The translations under genes were made by a program, and so were the position numbers. This document shows, in pieces, positions 1 through 13,953 of a DNA stretch of 64,000 bases (position 1 is the first letter of the stretch; each line of letters begins with the position of its first letter). The stretch comes from Hamiltosporidium tvaerminnensis FI-OER-3-3 (taxonomy: Eukaryota > Fungi > Microsporidia): contig CM061252.1 of NCBI GenBank assembly GCA_022605425.2, forward strand, positions 124,001 to 188,000, in the 5' to 3' direction. The notes beneath the pieces were generated by a model. It did no database searches. It was not told where the DNA came from and saw only the letters and a program-made list of their open reading frames with translations.

Positions 1-2388
1 AACTCTTCACAAATATATTTATGAATTGTGAAGTTATATGTTTAGAAAGAACAATTCAAGCTGATTGGTTTTACTGCGGGCTTACGTATTTGATACCGAA
101 AGGAATTCCACAAAGAGGCTCTGACTACAGGCCAATCACTTGTATGTCCAACCTCTAGAAGTTAAGGACTAATTGTGTAACGAAAGTCGTTCAACTTGAA
201 GTGGAAAAACGAGGGTTGCTTGATGAGAATCAGTTGGGATCAGTTTGAGGTGTGCAGGGAGCGAAAGAGCAGGCTCTACTGAATATTGCCTTAAATTAAG
301 AGTACGGAAACAATCTTAAGGCAACATGGATTAATGTTAAAAAAGCTTATGATTCAATAGATCATGCTTATTTAACTCAATGCATTTAAAAACTTAATTT
401 ACCTGATTGGATCCTGAAATTTATTAAGGTAATTATATCAAAATGGAAAATTGATATATCAGTAGGGCCTGAAAAAATCATGAGCAAGAAGATTGATAGA
501 GGGATTCTACAGTGAGATAGTTTGTCACCTTTGTTATTTGTGTTGTGTATGGATCCATTAAGCCGAAAGCCTAATGAAAAATACACAAAAGTGACAGTAC
601 AAACAGATGCAGAATCCCATTCTACTAATCACCTCTTGTTTATTGATGATCTTAAGCTCCTTGCAAAAGACAGCTCCACATTAAGTGCTATGACAGACGA
701 GGCAAAGGAATTTTCAAGAGTGATTGGGTTAGATATTAACAAAGAAATTAAGCCACAAATGATAAGTGTTGTGAAGATACTGCTACTCTTCTAGACGGTG
801 TTAGTGTTTACAAATATTTAGAAATAATAGAAGAAAGCAAAGGAATCCTAACACGTAGCTCATTTGAAGAAGTACAGAGCAAACTTATATCAAGAGTTGA
901 AAGACTTTGTCACACTAGATTAAATGCAAAAAATTTATTTTCTGCAATCAATCAACATGCGATATCGTTAATCAACTACCACATAGGAGTACTTCGACTT
1001 GAACCGGCTGACTTCTCTAAGTTAGATGATGCAGTGCGTGCGGTGTTAGTGAAGAATAAGATACATTTCCGCCCAGTATGTAAAGAGCGTTTGCCTTCCT
1101 AGAACAGAACTTGGAAGAGGCCTACATAGTGTTGAGTTGCGAAGCGAACGTATGCTTCTGCAACTCTTGGATTGTCTGGAAAAAAGTAAAGAAATATCAA
1201 CTAAACGAGCAGCAATCTTCAAGGTGGAGAATAATAATAAAACCCATCCTGCAATAATAAAAGGCTTCTTAAAAGTAAAGTACAGGTTGATAGAAGAAGT
1301 CACTAAGAAAAGTTTAGAAGAAGCTCAACTTGCAAAACTATATAACGAAATAGGAAAACGAAAACTCCATTCAAAGTTATATAATGCAAGAAAAAAACGA
1401 GCTTGTAAGTGTTAGTGACTCTTCAAGATGGCTAAAGAGAGGAAATATTAGGCCACGAAATGAAGCTGTGTTCTGCTATATCCAGGATAGAAATGTATTC
1501 TGGGGAACAGATGGTGTGTGTCAACATTGTGGGAAGTCTGGTAAGACCGTAGATCATCTATTAATTAGATGTGATAAAATGCTAGGCGATGATTACACTA
1601 GACGGCATAATGAAGTGGTTAGATGCCTACACCTACTTCTTATAAATAGATATAAGTTTAAGTCATCTAAACGAATAAGGAGTCACTCAGTTCAAGAAAT
1701 TCTTGATAATGAGTATGCAGAGATAAGAGTGGAAACCAAAATAAAAACTGGTGTTAAAATTCGGAATAACAGACCCGACATATTTATTTTAGATAAGAAA
1801 AAGAATAAGATAACACTCATTGAAGTAGGAATCACTTCCCAAGATTCACTCCAATTAGTTGATACTGAAAAACTTAGGAAGTATGACCTGCTAGCCAATG
1901 AGTTGGGTCTTATTTATAAGTGTAGTGTTGAGATAATCCCTTATGTGATGACCTGGGACAGTATTGTGACAAAATACTATAAATCTCATCTTAAAAGACT
2001 AGAAATACCCATGAATATAGAGGCATATATTCAGTCTATAGTACTTGAGAAGACAGTCGAAACAATTTCCTCTGTTTGACGAAGAGAACTTGAGCCAAGA
2101 CTAAATACCGAAGAGTGCTATGAGATAGCCGATTTAAGTGTTATTTTATGAGCTGAGAGGCATAAACAACCTCACCTCCTTTAAAGCAAGTAAACAACCA
2201 GGAAGATGGTGCAAAACATTTAAAAGGAAAAAATGTCACACCCCTTATTTCAGAAGGAGGAACCACATTTAAGGAACCGACCAATAACATAACTGAAGAG
2301 TCGGATTTGGAAGAAGAGACAATAGTGGTTAAAGAGGTAGAAGAAAACATATAAAAATGGTAAAAATCTTTTAACCCATAATTTTATT
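1..2388 (+). mobile_element. Degenerate non-LTR retrotransposon, RLE (restriction-like endonuclease) type, R4/Dong/R2-like; 5' part lies outside the window
   Basis: RT motifs across broken frames: LIPK..DYRPITC (~90-150), GILQ*DSLSP (~500-530), HLLFIDDLKL (ORF 522-794). ORF 1384-2079 has a CCHC knuckle (CQHC..DHLLIRC), RHNEVV, RPDIF and IEVG. Acidic C-terminal tail; 3' terminus TAACCCATAATTTTATT. Multiple stops and frameshifts. Confidence 0.92.
1384..2079 (+). pseudogene. Zinc-knuckle plus restriction-like endonuclease domain of the retroelement ORF (fragment)
   Basis: CQHCGKSGKTVDHLLIRC, RRHNEVV, NNRPDIFILD, LIEVGIT, KLRKYDLL motifs typical of RLE domains. Confidence 0.88.
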
Positions 2389-2392
2389 AGAT

Positions 2393-2466
2393 TAAGTAAG
2401 TAAGTACATAGGTAAGTATATAGGTAAGTAAGTAAGTAAAGATAACTATATAGATAAGTAAGTATA
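2393..2466 (+). repeat. Degenerate (TAAG)n microsatellite directly after the retroelement 3' end
   Basis: taagtaagtaagtacataggtaagtatataggtaagtaagtaagtaaagataa... Confidence 0.8.
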
Positions 2467-2945
2467 AGATACACATATTTCTTTGCATTGTTCTTTTTAC
2501 ATTTAATAAAATATAAAAATATACAACCCATGAATAAAAGACCTTGAACATGTTTTTTGACTTTAAAATATAAAGAATCTGATTATAAAATATACAAAAT
2601 ACAAATAATTTTTATCTTATTGTTATAGTTATACGATGATTCCTCTTAATTAATTAAGGTAATTCAAAGGTTTTTATATTTAATTTATACTGACAAAACG
2701 GGTTTTTTATCTTATTTTTAAGAAATGTAAATCTAAAAAAGTCAAAGCTTTAAAATATTTATTTGACATATATGTAACCAGGTATAGCTAGAAGATGGTA
2801 TATGAGATGATTTTTCGAGCAATAGAAATATATTTTTGTGCTTTTAATGACAGAGAACATGATTATACATAAAATAAATCTGATATTTTGATTAAAAATT
2901 GTGTGAAAATATATTTTAAGATTATAAATTATATTCAATATAAAA

Positions 2946-3050
2946 TAAGATTGTAAGATTGTAAGATTATAGAATTATGGTGAATATGAGATTATATAAG
3001 TATATAAGTTTATAATATAAGATTATAGGCATATAAGATTATAAGTATTT
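2946..3050. repeat. Degenerate short tandem repeat (TAAGATTR/TAAGATTATA-like)
   Basis: taagattgtaagattgtaagattatag...tataagattataggcatataagattataag. Confidence 0.6.
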
Positions 3051-3289
3051 AAGTAACTATAAAGCGCAATATATCTCTTTGTACAGAATTATTGTGTTAG
3101 CTTTAAATATATAAAAATAAGAAGATAAAGCAATATCAAATTGGTATAATTTAACTTTAGTAGAAGAATCGATTTTGATAAAAAAAATTTACCTTTTTTC
3201 ATAAGAAAGTAAAAATAAAAACTTTTCAATATTAAAAGCGTAAAGTCGTTATATTTTCTGATAAATAAAAGTTGTTGTCTTGTGTCTTA

Positions 3290-5780
3290 TATGATGAAAA
3301 CAAATTTTTATTTATGAAAGTAAAATTGAAATAGGTTGTTAGTTAGAAAATATTATAATTTGGATTGCTTTTAACGTATTTCTTTTGTATAATTTTAATA
3401 TTTTTAAAATAGAAACTGTAGTTTTGAATGGAGATGAACAGGCTGTTTTAGATGAATGCTTTGATTCAATATTGTTAGACAAGAGTGTTTTTATGACACA
3501 ATAACTATATAATTATTATTTTCAAACAACGAATAAAAATTACTGTTTGGTCATTCGACAAAAGAATTATTGTTTCGAATACTGCGAACTCCTGGAAATG
3601 AAACATTAGATTTGTTTTAATATGAACAAACCTTGTGATTTACCCTGCAAGAAAATATAAATTAACATAAATTTCTTTGATGCTCGAAAATACGTCATGA
3701 TATATACATATCAATATTATCAAAAAATCAAGTTTATATGAATCTTTTAATAGAATAGTTAGAATCTAATGTGACAAACGCAGAGATATTCTAAACGATC
3801 AAATAACGATATTGTAAATAAAGATATTTCGTCTTTCATTTTTGATTATTCTTATAAATTTGTAATATGATCAATTTATGTTTATAAAATATAATTCAAA
3901 TCCAATTTTTTTTTGATTAAATATAGAAGAGATAACAAGTATTGATATGAACATGTTGAATTGGTGGTTATTTTAATTTATACATCGTACTACTTGTGTT
4001 CATCGTTACTGATTACAAATATAATCTTTTTTCTTTGATTTTAGCCTATAATCTAATAATCTGGTGATTATATCTTATATTAACAGCATTGTGTGATTTT
4101 TTTTCTATAAATCTGATTTGACTTGATAGTTAAATTTTAATCAAAAAAAGAAATCTTGAAATATATCAACTACTCAAATACCTTTTATTAATATATTTCA
4201 TAAATATATCAATGTGAGGTTTGATACAAAAGCATGCGAATTATTTTTCTTGGAAATGAGCAGATTGAAATAATTCATTTTTTAAAGTAAATAGTGAAAA
4301 TATAAAAATCAAAAAACATTAAATGTAATAAATTTAAATGATGAATATGATTTGGTGGCAAATATTATAAATTGTTTGCATGCTTGATCTGTATTTAAAA
4401 ATAATTAGAATAAATTTATCATATGACGATATGTATTAATCAAATTAACCTTTTCTGATTTTGTATATAATTCTCTGTATGGAACACTATTTATATGCAT
4501 AATTATACTCAGCATATTAATTAACTTTTTTTTGGCATACAATCTAGAAAAAGTGTTATTTTATAAAATTTTCAGTTGCCTCGTTTTAATTTGTCAATTA
4601 AATCATTAAATTCTCTAAAAAACCTTTCTACTGTTAAAACATTAAGTTTTTTAACTGTTTATCATTGCGAAAGGCAAAAGTTTAAATAAAATACGTGATT
4701 TCTTTTAAATATTTATTCTGTTAATAATTCTTGTGGTTTATACCATATGCATGCCTTTTTTAGTATTTATAATTATAAAAAGCATTCATCTTTCGTGTTG
4801 CGCTTTTTACAAGACTTAAGAAAATCAAAAAATTTAAAGTCTGAAATATAAATATCTGGTATTCAATACCTGCAAATTTAACATCGATCTTTTATATTTT
4901 GAGGTAACAAAAGATTCGTTGGAAATTATAAAACTACGAATTGTAAATTTTAACAGATTAACTAATTATGATATCAATTATAAAATCTCAAAAGTTTTTT
5001 ATTTTCGACGTTTCTAAATTTTATTTTCATATCATACTTTTTTCAAGGATATACACATAAATTGTGATGTACAAATTTTTTTAGAAAAAAGAGATTGTAG
5101 AGAAATTTAAATAATAGTACATAAAGATATCTATATGATTCAACATAAATGTGAATTTAGACAGAAGTTTTTAGTTAAAGATTTTTTATAATATTGAAAA
5201 TCCAAATATTTCTACTTCGCTATTTTTAATAATCTAGAATGGTTGATATATCAAGTTTATTCAATATTTTTCTATTCTATTTGAATTTCTCGTATTAAAA
5301 GAAACCACAAGAAGATATCATATTTTTTTCACAGTCAAAAATTTAAATCTTTTAAAATCATAAGATTTAGTCTTACCTCCCGTTTTCTGAACTATTCACA
5401 GCCAATAAATATAATAATATTCGCTTAAAAAAATCAATCTATCAATAATGAGGGAGATTTATCAGATATATATTTTAAGCCAAACAAACTCCATATCCCA
5501 CCATATTATTATACCTTGAAACTATAATTTCCTCTGATTTTCATAGAGAAAATGATTTTTTTTCTATTTTTAAAGAATTATAAAATTTTGACTTCTGGAC
5601 AAACTATCTGTCATAAAAAATATCTTAAAATTTATATTTTTAAAATCTGCTTTTCATAAATCTTAAACAAAGTGAATCTCAAAAGTGTTAGACGTACTTT
5701 TTGCCATAAAATTTCATTTTTCTTTAATTATTTAGAAACAATCGATTTTTTTAAAATCTTTGTTATAAGAGAACGCAAAG
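3290..5780 (+). pseudogene. Heavily decayed relic of the secreted LRR-like gene family
   Basis: FKIETVVLNGDE at ~3403-3438 follows a hydrophobic stretch and matches the FKIEISFLNED/YKIEICFVKED motif of the intact paralogues. Coding-like texture for ~2.5 kb but no long ORF; boundaries approximate. Confidence 0.4.
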
Positions 5781-5870
5781 GATTTTACAATTATTCTAAA
5801 TCCAAATTTGTGTTTTTATTTCTGTCTTTCTAGTTTTAATTTCTCTTCTATTTTGAAAAAAAAAAACATA

Positions 5871-5966
5871 TTAACCAATTAAACTATTAACCTATTAACC
5901 TATTAACCTATTAAACCATAAACCATTAACCAATTAAACCATTAAACTATATAACTATTAAACTAT
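5871..5966. repeat. Degenerate 8-9-bp tandem repeat (TTAACCTA/TTAAACCA)
   Basis: ttaaccaattaaactattaacctattaacctattaacctattaaaccataaaccattaaccaattaaaccattaaactat. Confidence 0.8.
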
Positions 5967-6479
5967 TGGATTTTTTGTATTTATTTTCTAATATTTTATT
6001 AATCATAAATTCGTGGGTTTTACAGTTATCTAAAACTTTATTCTAATAAGTATTAAAAATAAATTATAAAAAGATCATTTGAAAGTTAGTATTTATAATT
6101 ATAGAGTTTTAGTATTTGAAATTTATAATTTATTTTTTTAGAAGTCAAATATACTTAGTATTTATTAGAAAAAACGGTATACTGAGTATTAAAGTTTTAT
6201 AAATTGTAAGGAATCTAAAAAAAATTAACTTTTGAAATTTGTAAGTTTAATAAAAAGATATTTAAATGTTTAACGTTTGGTCTTAAAATGGTAAATTATG
6301 TTATTTCTTTAAATTTAATTCTTTAAAGATAATTGGTTTTACTTGGAAGATTTTGATGAAAATAGAAATAAAATAATTCCTAGACTTAATTGTACTGAAA
6401 AATAAAGAGTCTAATCTATTTAATTAATGAAACTAAAAGTTATGTTGATGTAAAATAATAAGAAAAATAAATGTAAAAA

Positions 6480-7400
6480 TATAATTTAAATCGTAAAAGA
6501 ATAGAAAGTTACTGGTCTTAACAGACCTCACTCGATACTAAGAATACTATGTAAAAATAAATATACAGCGATGTTTATTAGTGTTTAAACTAAAACTAAG
6601 ATAAATTTGTTGATTTAATGTAAATTATTTTTGAGTATTATGAAGAAAAATCAAAAAGGTTAAATTAAGAAGCAATAGCTATCACTAAATTCTGATTTAT
6701 AAGAGTCAGCATTCTAAAAATATAAAAATACATTTTATAATTGATTTTGGTTTTGCGAATTCATTTGTTTATGAAAAAAATATTTACGATTTTAATATTT
6801 ATTTCCTATTTTAGAGTCAAGCAAATACTTTGATTTTTTTTTGTAATATATATCAAGAGAATCATATTTTTAAAACAAAATTATAATTAAGGAAATTTTC
6901 TGATGTTATAACATGTACCATTTCTTTGACTTGTAAAAAACAATTCTAATCTGATACTTTGAAAACAGCCGAGTATACAGCAAGAAAGCAGAGATCTTGA
7001 TAGAATCAGAAATATTCGATATAAATATGGTGTTTATATTTACTTAGAAAATTTTGCAACTATACATCTACTTGGTCATAGTCTCAAAAACAGGCGTTTG
7101 ATCATAATTTGAAACCAGTGTGAATTAAAATTTGGACAAACAGAGCTTTTCGTTAATTTTTCGGCAGGATTCGAACAACAAATCTTTTGACTGTATTATT
7201 TCGATTGATTATAAAAAACCTAGATAATATTTTTTTGAGATTTGATATGAATTATGTTATATGGTGAAATATCACCCTATAAGCATATTTTTAAATTATT
7301 TGCTTACAAAAATATATATTTGATTTTTATTTGAAGTACTGCTACAAATAATCCGTCAGAGTCTCTCCAGCAAAAGCAAATCACTTATTTTCTTCAAATG
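6480..7400 (+). pseudogene. Possible decayed protein kinase (CK1-like) relic
   Basis: IIDFGFA at ~6737-6757 and LLGHSL at ~7068-7085 in broken frames; no ORF. Confidence 0.3.
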
Positions 7401-8406
7401 AGCGCCTTGTTGCAATCAAACATACACAAAGATGGTAGTCCGCAAACGAATAAAAAAACAATTTCATTATGAAAATTTTTGTAGTTCGAGTAGAAATTAA
7501 GGTCGATTAATCTTAAGGTACTAAAATAGTTAATTGATTTGATGTAAATATGAAAATATAAAGCAGATAAAATAAATCTTCATTTATTGCATCGATTTAT
7601 GTTCGCATACAATTAGAAAGAAATTAAGTCAATAATTTAACCGTCGAAGCAAACATTTAAAAGCAATCAGGTTGAATTACCTTGTAATCCAAGCAAAAAG
7701 TAATGATTTAATGTTTTTTGGTAGTAAAATAAAGGCAATATGTAAAACATTGATTTAAAAATTGCACTTTTTGTTTAAGAACTTTGATATATCACAAATC
7801 AAAGTATTCCCAAATGTATTTATCAAATATCGAGACAAAAATATAGACCATAGGAAAAGGTCCAATATAATTTTTTTTCAATCATTATTTAGTTCAAATT
7901 ATCAATACTTAAGAGAGACTTCCATTCCAATCAGAATATTATAAATACCGTTAATTAATAGATTTAACAAAGAAATAAAGTCAGAAAATTCGCACGATAG
8001 GGAATATAAGAGCTTTAGAGGAACTAACAAACCTCGAATTATTTTAACCAAAGGTCTTGTTCAAAACTATCATTATAAAGAAATTGATCATTACAAATGA
8101 ATTAAATCGTTTGAGTTATATAAATATATTTTCTTTTTTCATCGAGTCGAAGTTCTGTTTTTTCTTTTAATTTGTGGTTCTTAGAATTAAAATAAGTAAA
8201 AAAAATTCTATAGAAATTTTAAACGGTAAAAAATAAACATTTAAAGGTAGAAAAGATAGTGAATTCATAAAAAAAATCAATATGTCCATTATAAAGTTTA
8301 GGCTGAAAACATTTTATATTTTGTAGTGGGGTTGATATTGAATATACTAAACATGTGTCCTAATACAATAAAATAACAATATGCCCTGCTATATTACAGA
8401 ATAAAA

Positions 8407-8739
8407 ATGAAATTGCCGCCGTTAAAAACATTTTCGATATCTTCACCTTTTCCCAACAAAACCATAATTCAACTAGCGGGTGTCGTGATTTACAAAGATT
8501 CTTATTACATAAATATACATGATTTCTATGGCGAAATAAAATTATATAACAGAAAATTTCCTGATATAATCAATACTGGTTCGTATTTATTTACATGTAA
8601 AGTATCTAACGATGTATTATTTGTTATTAAAATCGAAAAAATTTCTGTTTATGATGAAATATTTTTTTGGATCGAAACAAAATCATATCAAAGAATTTTA
8701 AGACTCACGAACAGTAAAAAAAAGAATAATTTTTTGTAA
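8407..8739 (+). CDS. Small OB-fold protein, Stn1/RPA2 N-terminal-like
   Basis: 110-aa ATG ORF with beta-strand pattern IQLAGVV..YINIHDFYGEI and C-terminal helix DEIFFWIE, resembling Stn1/RPA32 OB folds. Family assignment tentative. Confidence 0.5.
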   Translation: MKLPPLKTFSISSPFPNKTIIQLAGVVIYKDSYYINIHDFYGEIKLYNRKFPDIINTGSYLFTCKVSNDVLFVIKIEKISVYDEIFFWIETKSYQRILRLTNSKKKNNFL

Positions 8740-11252
8740 AAAAATCTAAATAACCATATAGATTTTTACAATCGTATAGATATTATATTGAGAATTAAGA
8801 GTGTTTTAATCTAAAAAATTGTTAAAGAGAAAGACTATAATTAACTCTTTTTATAAATATAATCTTTTCTATGTATTCTTTCCATTGGTAGATCGTTTAA
8901 ATCAATGATATGCATTGATTTATTCGAAGAAAATTCTCGGAAATTTTTTGAATGACATCACAGTTTTTTTAAAAGAAAATGAATTTTAGACATTACTACA
9001 TTTTATAGTGTAAAACAGTTTTTAAATTGTTTCTATTTTTTAGGCTTCAAAATAAATTAACTATAATCAGATTTGATTGATTTTATTTACGTTTTTATTT
9101 TATTTTTTTTGGTTTGTTTCAATTTTTTGATTTTTAATCTTTTTTCTACTTTTAAGTAAATAAGGATCTCTTTTCTTTTTTCCACGCTTAGAGTTTGAAA
9201 AAATAATATTGTTTGGCCGTGTCTTTCATCTCATTAAATATATTTTAAGCTGGATATCCAAGTTCATATATAACCGTCAAAATATTATATCTCGGTATGG
9301 GTTTTCAAGATAATAGTATCTTTATTAAAATAGAAAACAATTATCTGCGCGGTCAAAAACAGGAGCAAGATCATTTCTCTTTTATTACTAGTAAATTATT
9401 TTTTGAAAGTCTAATTTAATATAAGTCGCAAAAATACCATCCGAAGTTAAATATATGTAATCATTTTAAATATTTAGTCTATAATCCAGACTTGGGTTGA
9501 AAAAAATATTCTATCTTCAAAGTTTCCATGACTTGAATCTGATCCTTTAAAGTTCTTTAAACTTTTGTGTGCGAAATTATATTTGTATTACCATGAATAT
9601 ATATTGATTTCGATATAATGAATTCACACTTTAAATTTTAGATCTTTAGCGATTATAATTCTTATATTCAAGGAAAAAAAATTCTAAGAAAATAATCAAA
9701 TGTGTTATTTATAAGCCCGGATTCGTTTAATTTAATATATACTCTTTTGCAATCCTATCAATATATTTTCTCTGTTTGGTGGCATTGCTATTTTCTAGAC
9801 TATAATTTTATGCTCTTTATTTCCGAGTCTGAAGGTGAATTTTTTTAAGTGACATAAAACGGTTATTTTCTTATGGATCGACATTTTTTAAGTCTATATA
9901 AAAAGAATTTAACATTTTTATTGAATTACCTTTCTAGCTTTATTGCTTTAGCGATTCATTTATATTATGTTTTTAAAAATTGGCTTGATATATCTTTTTA
10001 TATTAAATTTTTTCAATAATGTACTTATGTACCATATTTATATTAAAATTATATCAATAGAATTTCTTATGGTGTTGTGTTTTTTTATTAGTTCCGAAAA
10101 CTCCGGAAATTTGAACTCGTAACTACATTAGAATTTAAACTCTGTTTTTGGCGCTTTAAAATCAAAATTAGGATTCGATAGAGTCATTAAACATAAAGAC
10201 ACAGAAAAATCTCATTTTTAAAATACCTAGCTACATATTATGATAATCAGAGAAATGGGAAATTTTTAGCCTAACGGCTTTTAAGAGATATTAAAATTCT
10301 ATGTAGATAGTTTCTCGATTAATTAAAAGAAACTCCGTTGATTTAAATAGAGAGCCCGATTTTCTCACATCTTGCAAAAGCCTTTCTTCTATAGTTTTAG
10401 ATAAACATTGTATTAAATTTTAAATTATTATCTTTGAAATTTCTGCAGATTTCCAAGCAACAACTTCACGTAGACATTAGTGTGTTTCTTTTTATCAAGA
10501 CTAATTCGTTTTCATCTTTTTCTGTGTTTCTTTAACCCATGAATGTAAAAGATTTTTTACTTAAATTTCCAGAAGCTAAATATTGTTTCATTCTTTTGAA
10601 TAAATAATTTATAGAAAATTTCTTCAAAATGCTTTATCACCTCTCTTTACATTTTAAAAACCTTTCTATATTTTTAGAACTTTTAGTCAATCAGTATAAG
10701 CCAAAGATCAATAAAGTTTAAGGAATAAAAATTTGTCTTAATCTAATATAAGCCTTCTGTTCTGTATTTTAATCTAGATATAGATTTTGTATAGATTTTG
10801 AACCGGTTAATTAATAAATTATAGGATTTAATCATGAAATGCAGTTTTTTTTCATATAGCGAAACCAAACTTACAAAAGAAATAAGCTCTTCAAAAACTT
10901 AGCAAATCAACGCTTAAATACGAGGATTTTATAAGCTGAAATATTTATTTCTACTTTTTTTTGTTTCTACCCGAATTTATATCACAAAATAGATTGGGTT
11001 AGAGACTCTTGCCTTTATATTTATAGTAACGATTTTTATTATGCATATTTTTATTACCCTACGCGAATATGACGGGAAGTAATTTACCGGATAAAGATGG
11101 ATGTAAGAACAAAATTCTTTTTTTAATTTACACCTTTATAATATTTTTAGAATACTGCAGAACATTAGGATATAATTTAATCAAAAATATTAATTAAATT
11201 TAATTTAATTCATTAAAAATTGTTATAAATACACAAAAATCGATCCTATATA

Positions 11253-13953
11253 ATGAGTAAGGCATATATAAATGTTCTAACGAATCATAAAAATAACAAA
11301 AAAATGATTTTGGGTGCGAACAAACTCCTCAACAATATATTTCGTCGCACAATGATTGTTAAGAATATTTTGATTGCTTCATTGCTGATTTTGTTTCTGG
11401 ATTTTAATAGCGGTTTTAAAATTGAAATATCTTTTCTAAACGAAGACGAAAATATCGGACACGACTTACAATCTGATATGGATTCTTTAGAAAATACTAA
11501 TTGTACAATTCATGAAACTTATAGCGTTCCTATGGAAAAAATGGATATAAATTCTATGTTTGCCCAGACGACTAATACCTGAGACAATTTACTTGCCTAC
11601 AAATACATCGAACGAAAATCCTGTTATACTTTCAAATGAAATTATTCCCAATCTTACAATTGAAGATCCCGTAGAACCGAAAAATATTTATGCATATATT
11701 CAAGAAAAGGATTTCGAAGGGTTCTACTGCCAATATAAATTTCCCAGAAATATTTTCGAACGCCCTTAATCCAAATATAACTTCCTCCGAATCCCATGAG
11801 CATGAATATTCTAGTATATCAGATATTGGCTTTATTATAACAAATAATTCATCTATAATTTTCGATTATTCAGATGAATTTGTAATTCGATCAAAATATT
11901 TTGATAGAAAAATGCAATTCGAATTCAGAAATCTTCAAACTAAATATAAGTGATATAACAAGTGGCAATATAGATATATTTAATTTTGGCGTGTTTCTAG
12001 CTTCATTACGTTTTGGATATGATCCAATTTCATTTGGTTTACAAAAAGATTTTTTTTTAATTTTCATTGAACTTTTCTATGACTTGAATTGTTACTCTCA
12101 ATTTAAAGTTTTTCAAGATCTTTTCAAAAATCTGTATCCATTCTTTGTTTCTTATAAAATGAGCATTGATGCTGTTTATTCTTCCGTAGATACGGCAGAA
12201 GATCTTAAAAGATATCGTCGCGTTTTTTTGCCATTTCTATCTTTATTTTACGGATCAATAGATATATTTATTGATGCCAAAAAAAGTGAACTATTATTCT
12301 TAGAAAAAAGTCGTTATAAAAAAATATATGTATTTGAAAAAGACGATATTAAAACCATAAGAATTCGAACAACTACCGAATATCATCAATTTAATGATTA
12401 AAACGGATCTTGGTAGAGAAAATCATGAGTTATTTATCTGGATAGTTTCATTATATGATATTGATGGAATAAGAGTATCGGCTGACAATAGTTATTATTC
12501 CGAATGTATAGATTCCGACATTGCTTGTAAATTTTTATGTGCATTTTCTAATGTCACAGATATTAAACCTGTATCCTTGACATGCTTGTTAAATGATATA
12601 CTTAATATAAGCAAGCATTCGTGTATTAAATTATTGGAATTAGAAAGAGTATATTTTTGTAAAAAAATGCCAATACAGCCAGAAATGTTTCCGAATCTCG
12701 AAACACTGATATTAGTTAAATGTATTCTAAATAAAAATTGTAAATTTTTGACAAGTTTACATAAATATTTCAGAAATTTAAAGGTTTTGAGAATTGTAGG
12801 ATTTTCATTGTATGAAGGTTTTTTTAAAAATCTTGTTTTTGATTATCTGGAATTTTTGGACCTTTCATGTTGCAGATCTATAGATGTAACGCAACAAATG
12901 AATTTTTTACTTAAAAAATGCGAGTATAAATGGCTAAAAATCGATTATTCGGAATTTAATGTCATGATTCTCAATTTTTTAATAGATAATGTGTCTTTGC
13001 AAAGATTGAGTCTCCGAAATGTTAATTTCGATAAATTCATGTATTCCGGTAATTTTTATGGGCGTCAAAGTTGCTACTACTATTTAGATATTTCGATGTG
13101 TAGATTCGATCGCTTTTATTCTACAAATTATTTGTTTAGAAATTTAGCGGTTTGGATGTTATCATTGGAACGAAGTGATTGCAATGAATGTAAAATAATA
13201 TTAAGTCAGGAATCCTTACATAATTCAACAAGAAATTTAAGTTTGAGAGGAAGTATATTAGACGTTGAGATATCAATCTATTTAAAAATGTTTAAATATC
13301 TCGAAAACCTAAATATTTCAGATTTGCCTATAAAAAATCCGGAAATATTAAAGAACGAATTTTTATTTAATGTTTCCTTACTATCAATCGATTTATCAAA
13401 CCTAACCATTGATAAAGAAGAGCTACTAAACTTATCTCAATTTAAAAATTTAAGAGATTTGAAAATAACAGGATGCAATCTTTCTGTCAGTTTTATAAAA
13501 GATTTACATAAAATGTGTTTCTATGAGAGCCTTGAATACATTGATATTTCGAAAAATAAACTCTGCGCATATGATATATATTTCTTAAAACTGGCTTTCT
13601 GCTTAACCCATCTTATACTTACGCTAGAAACCAACATTTTTTCTAATTTTGATTTTAAATTGTTGGGACCGTGTTTCAAAAAGCTCAAGGTTCTGATTTT
13701 CGCACAAACATTTGTAGATGAAAATATATTTGATTTCATATTGACAACACCTGAAATAACGAATCTTGAATTCAAAGAATCGCGAATCGAAAAATGTATT
13801 TTTAGTGAAAGAATCTGTAACTCATTGAAATTCTTACACACAATAAACTTCTTCAATACTATTTTGTCTCTGGAAAATATGATTGCTTTAGAAAAAATTC
13901 AAAATAACGGTATAAGTGTAAATTTTTCAAACAGTTCTCTTTTATCAAGCTAA
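11253..13953 (+). pseudogene. Secreted LRR-like protein gene, frameshifted into five ORFs; paralogue of 17195-19882
   Basis: ORFs 11253, 11560, 11690, 11901 and 12394 align collinearly with the 895-aa paralogue (IRSKYFDRK, LRFGxxPISFGLQK, IDGIRVSxDNxYYSECIDSD). LxxLDLS repeats and a signal-peptide-like segment. Confidence 0.85.
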
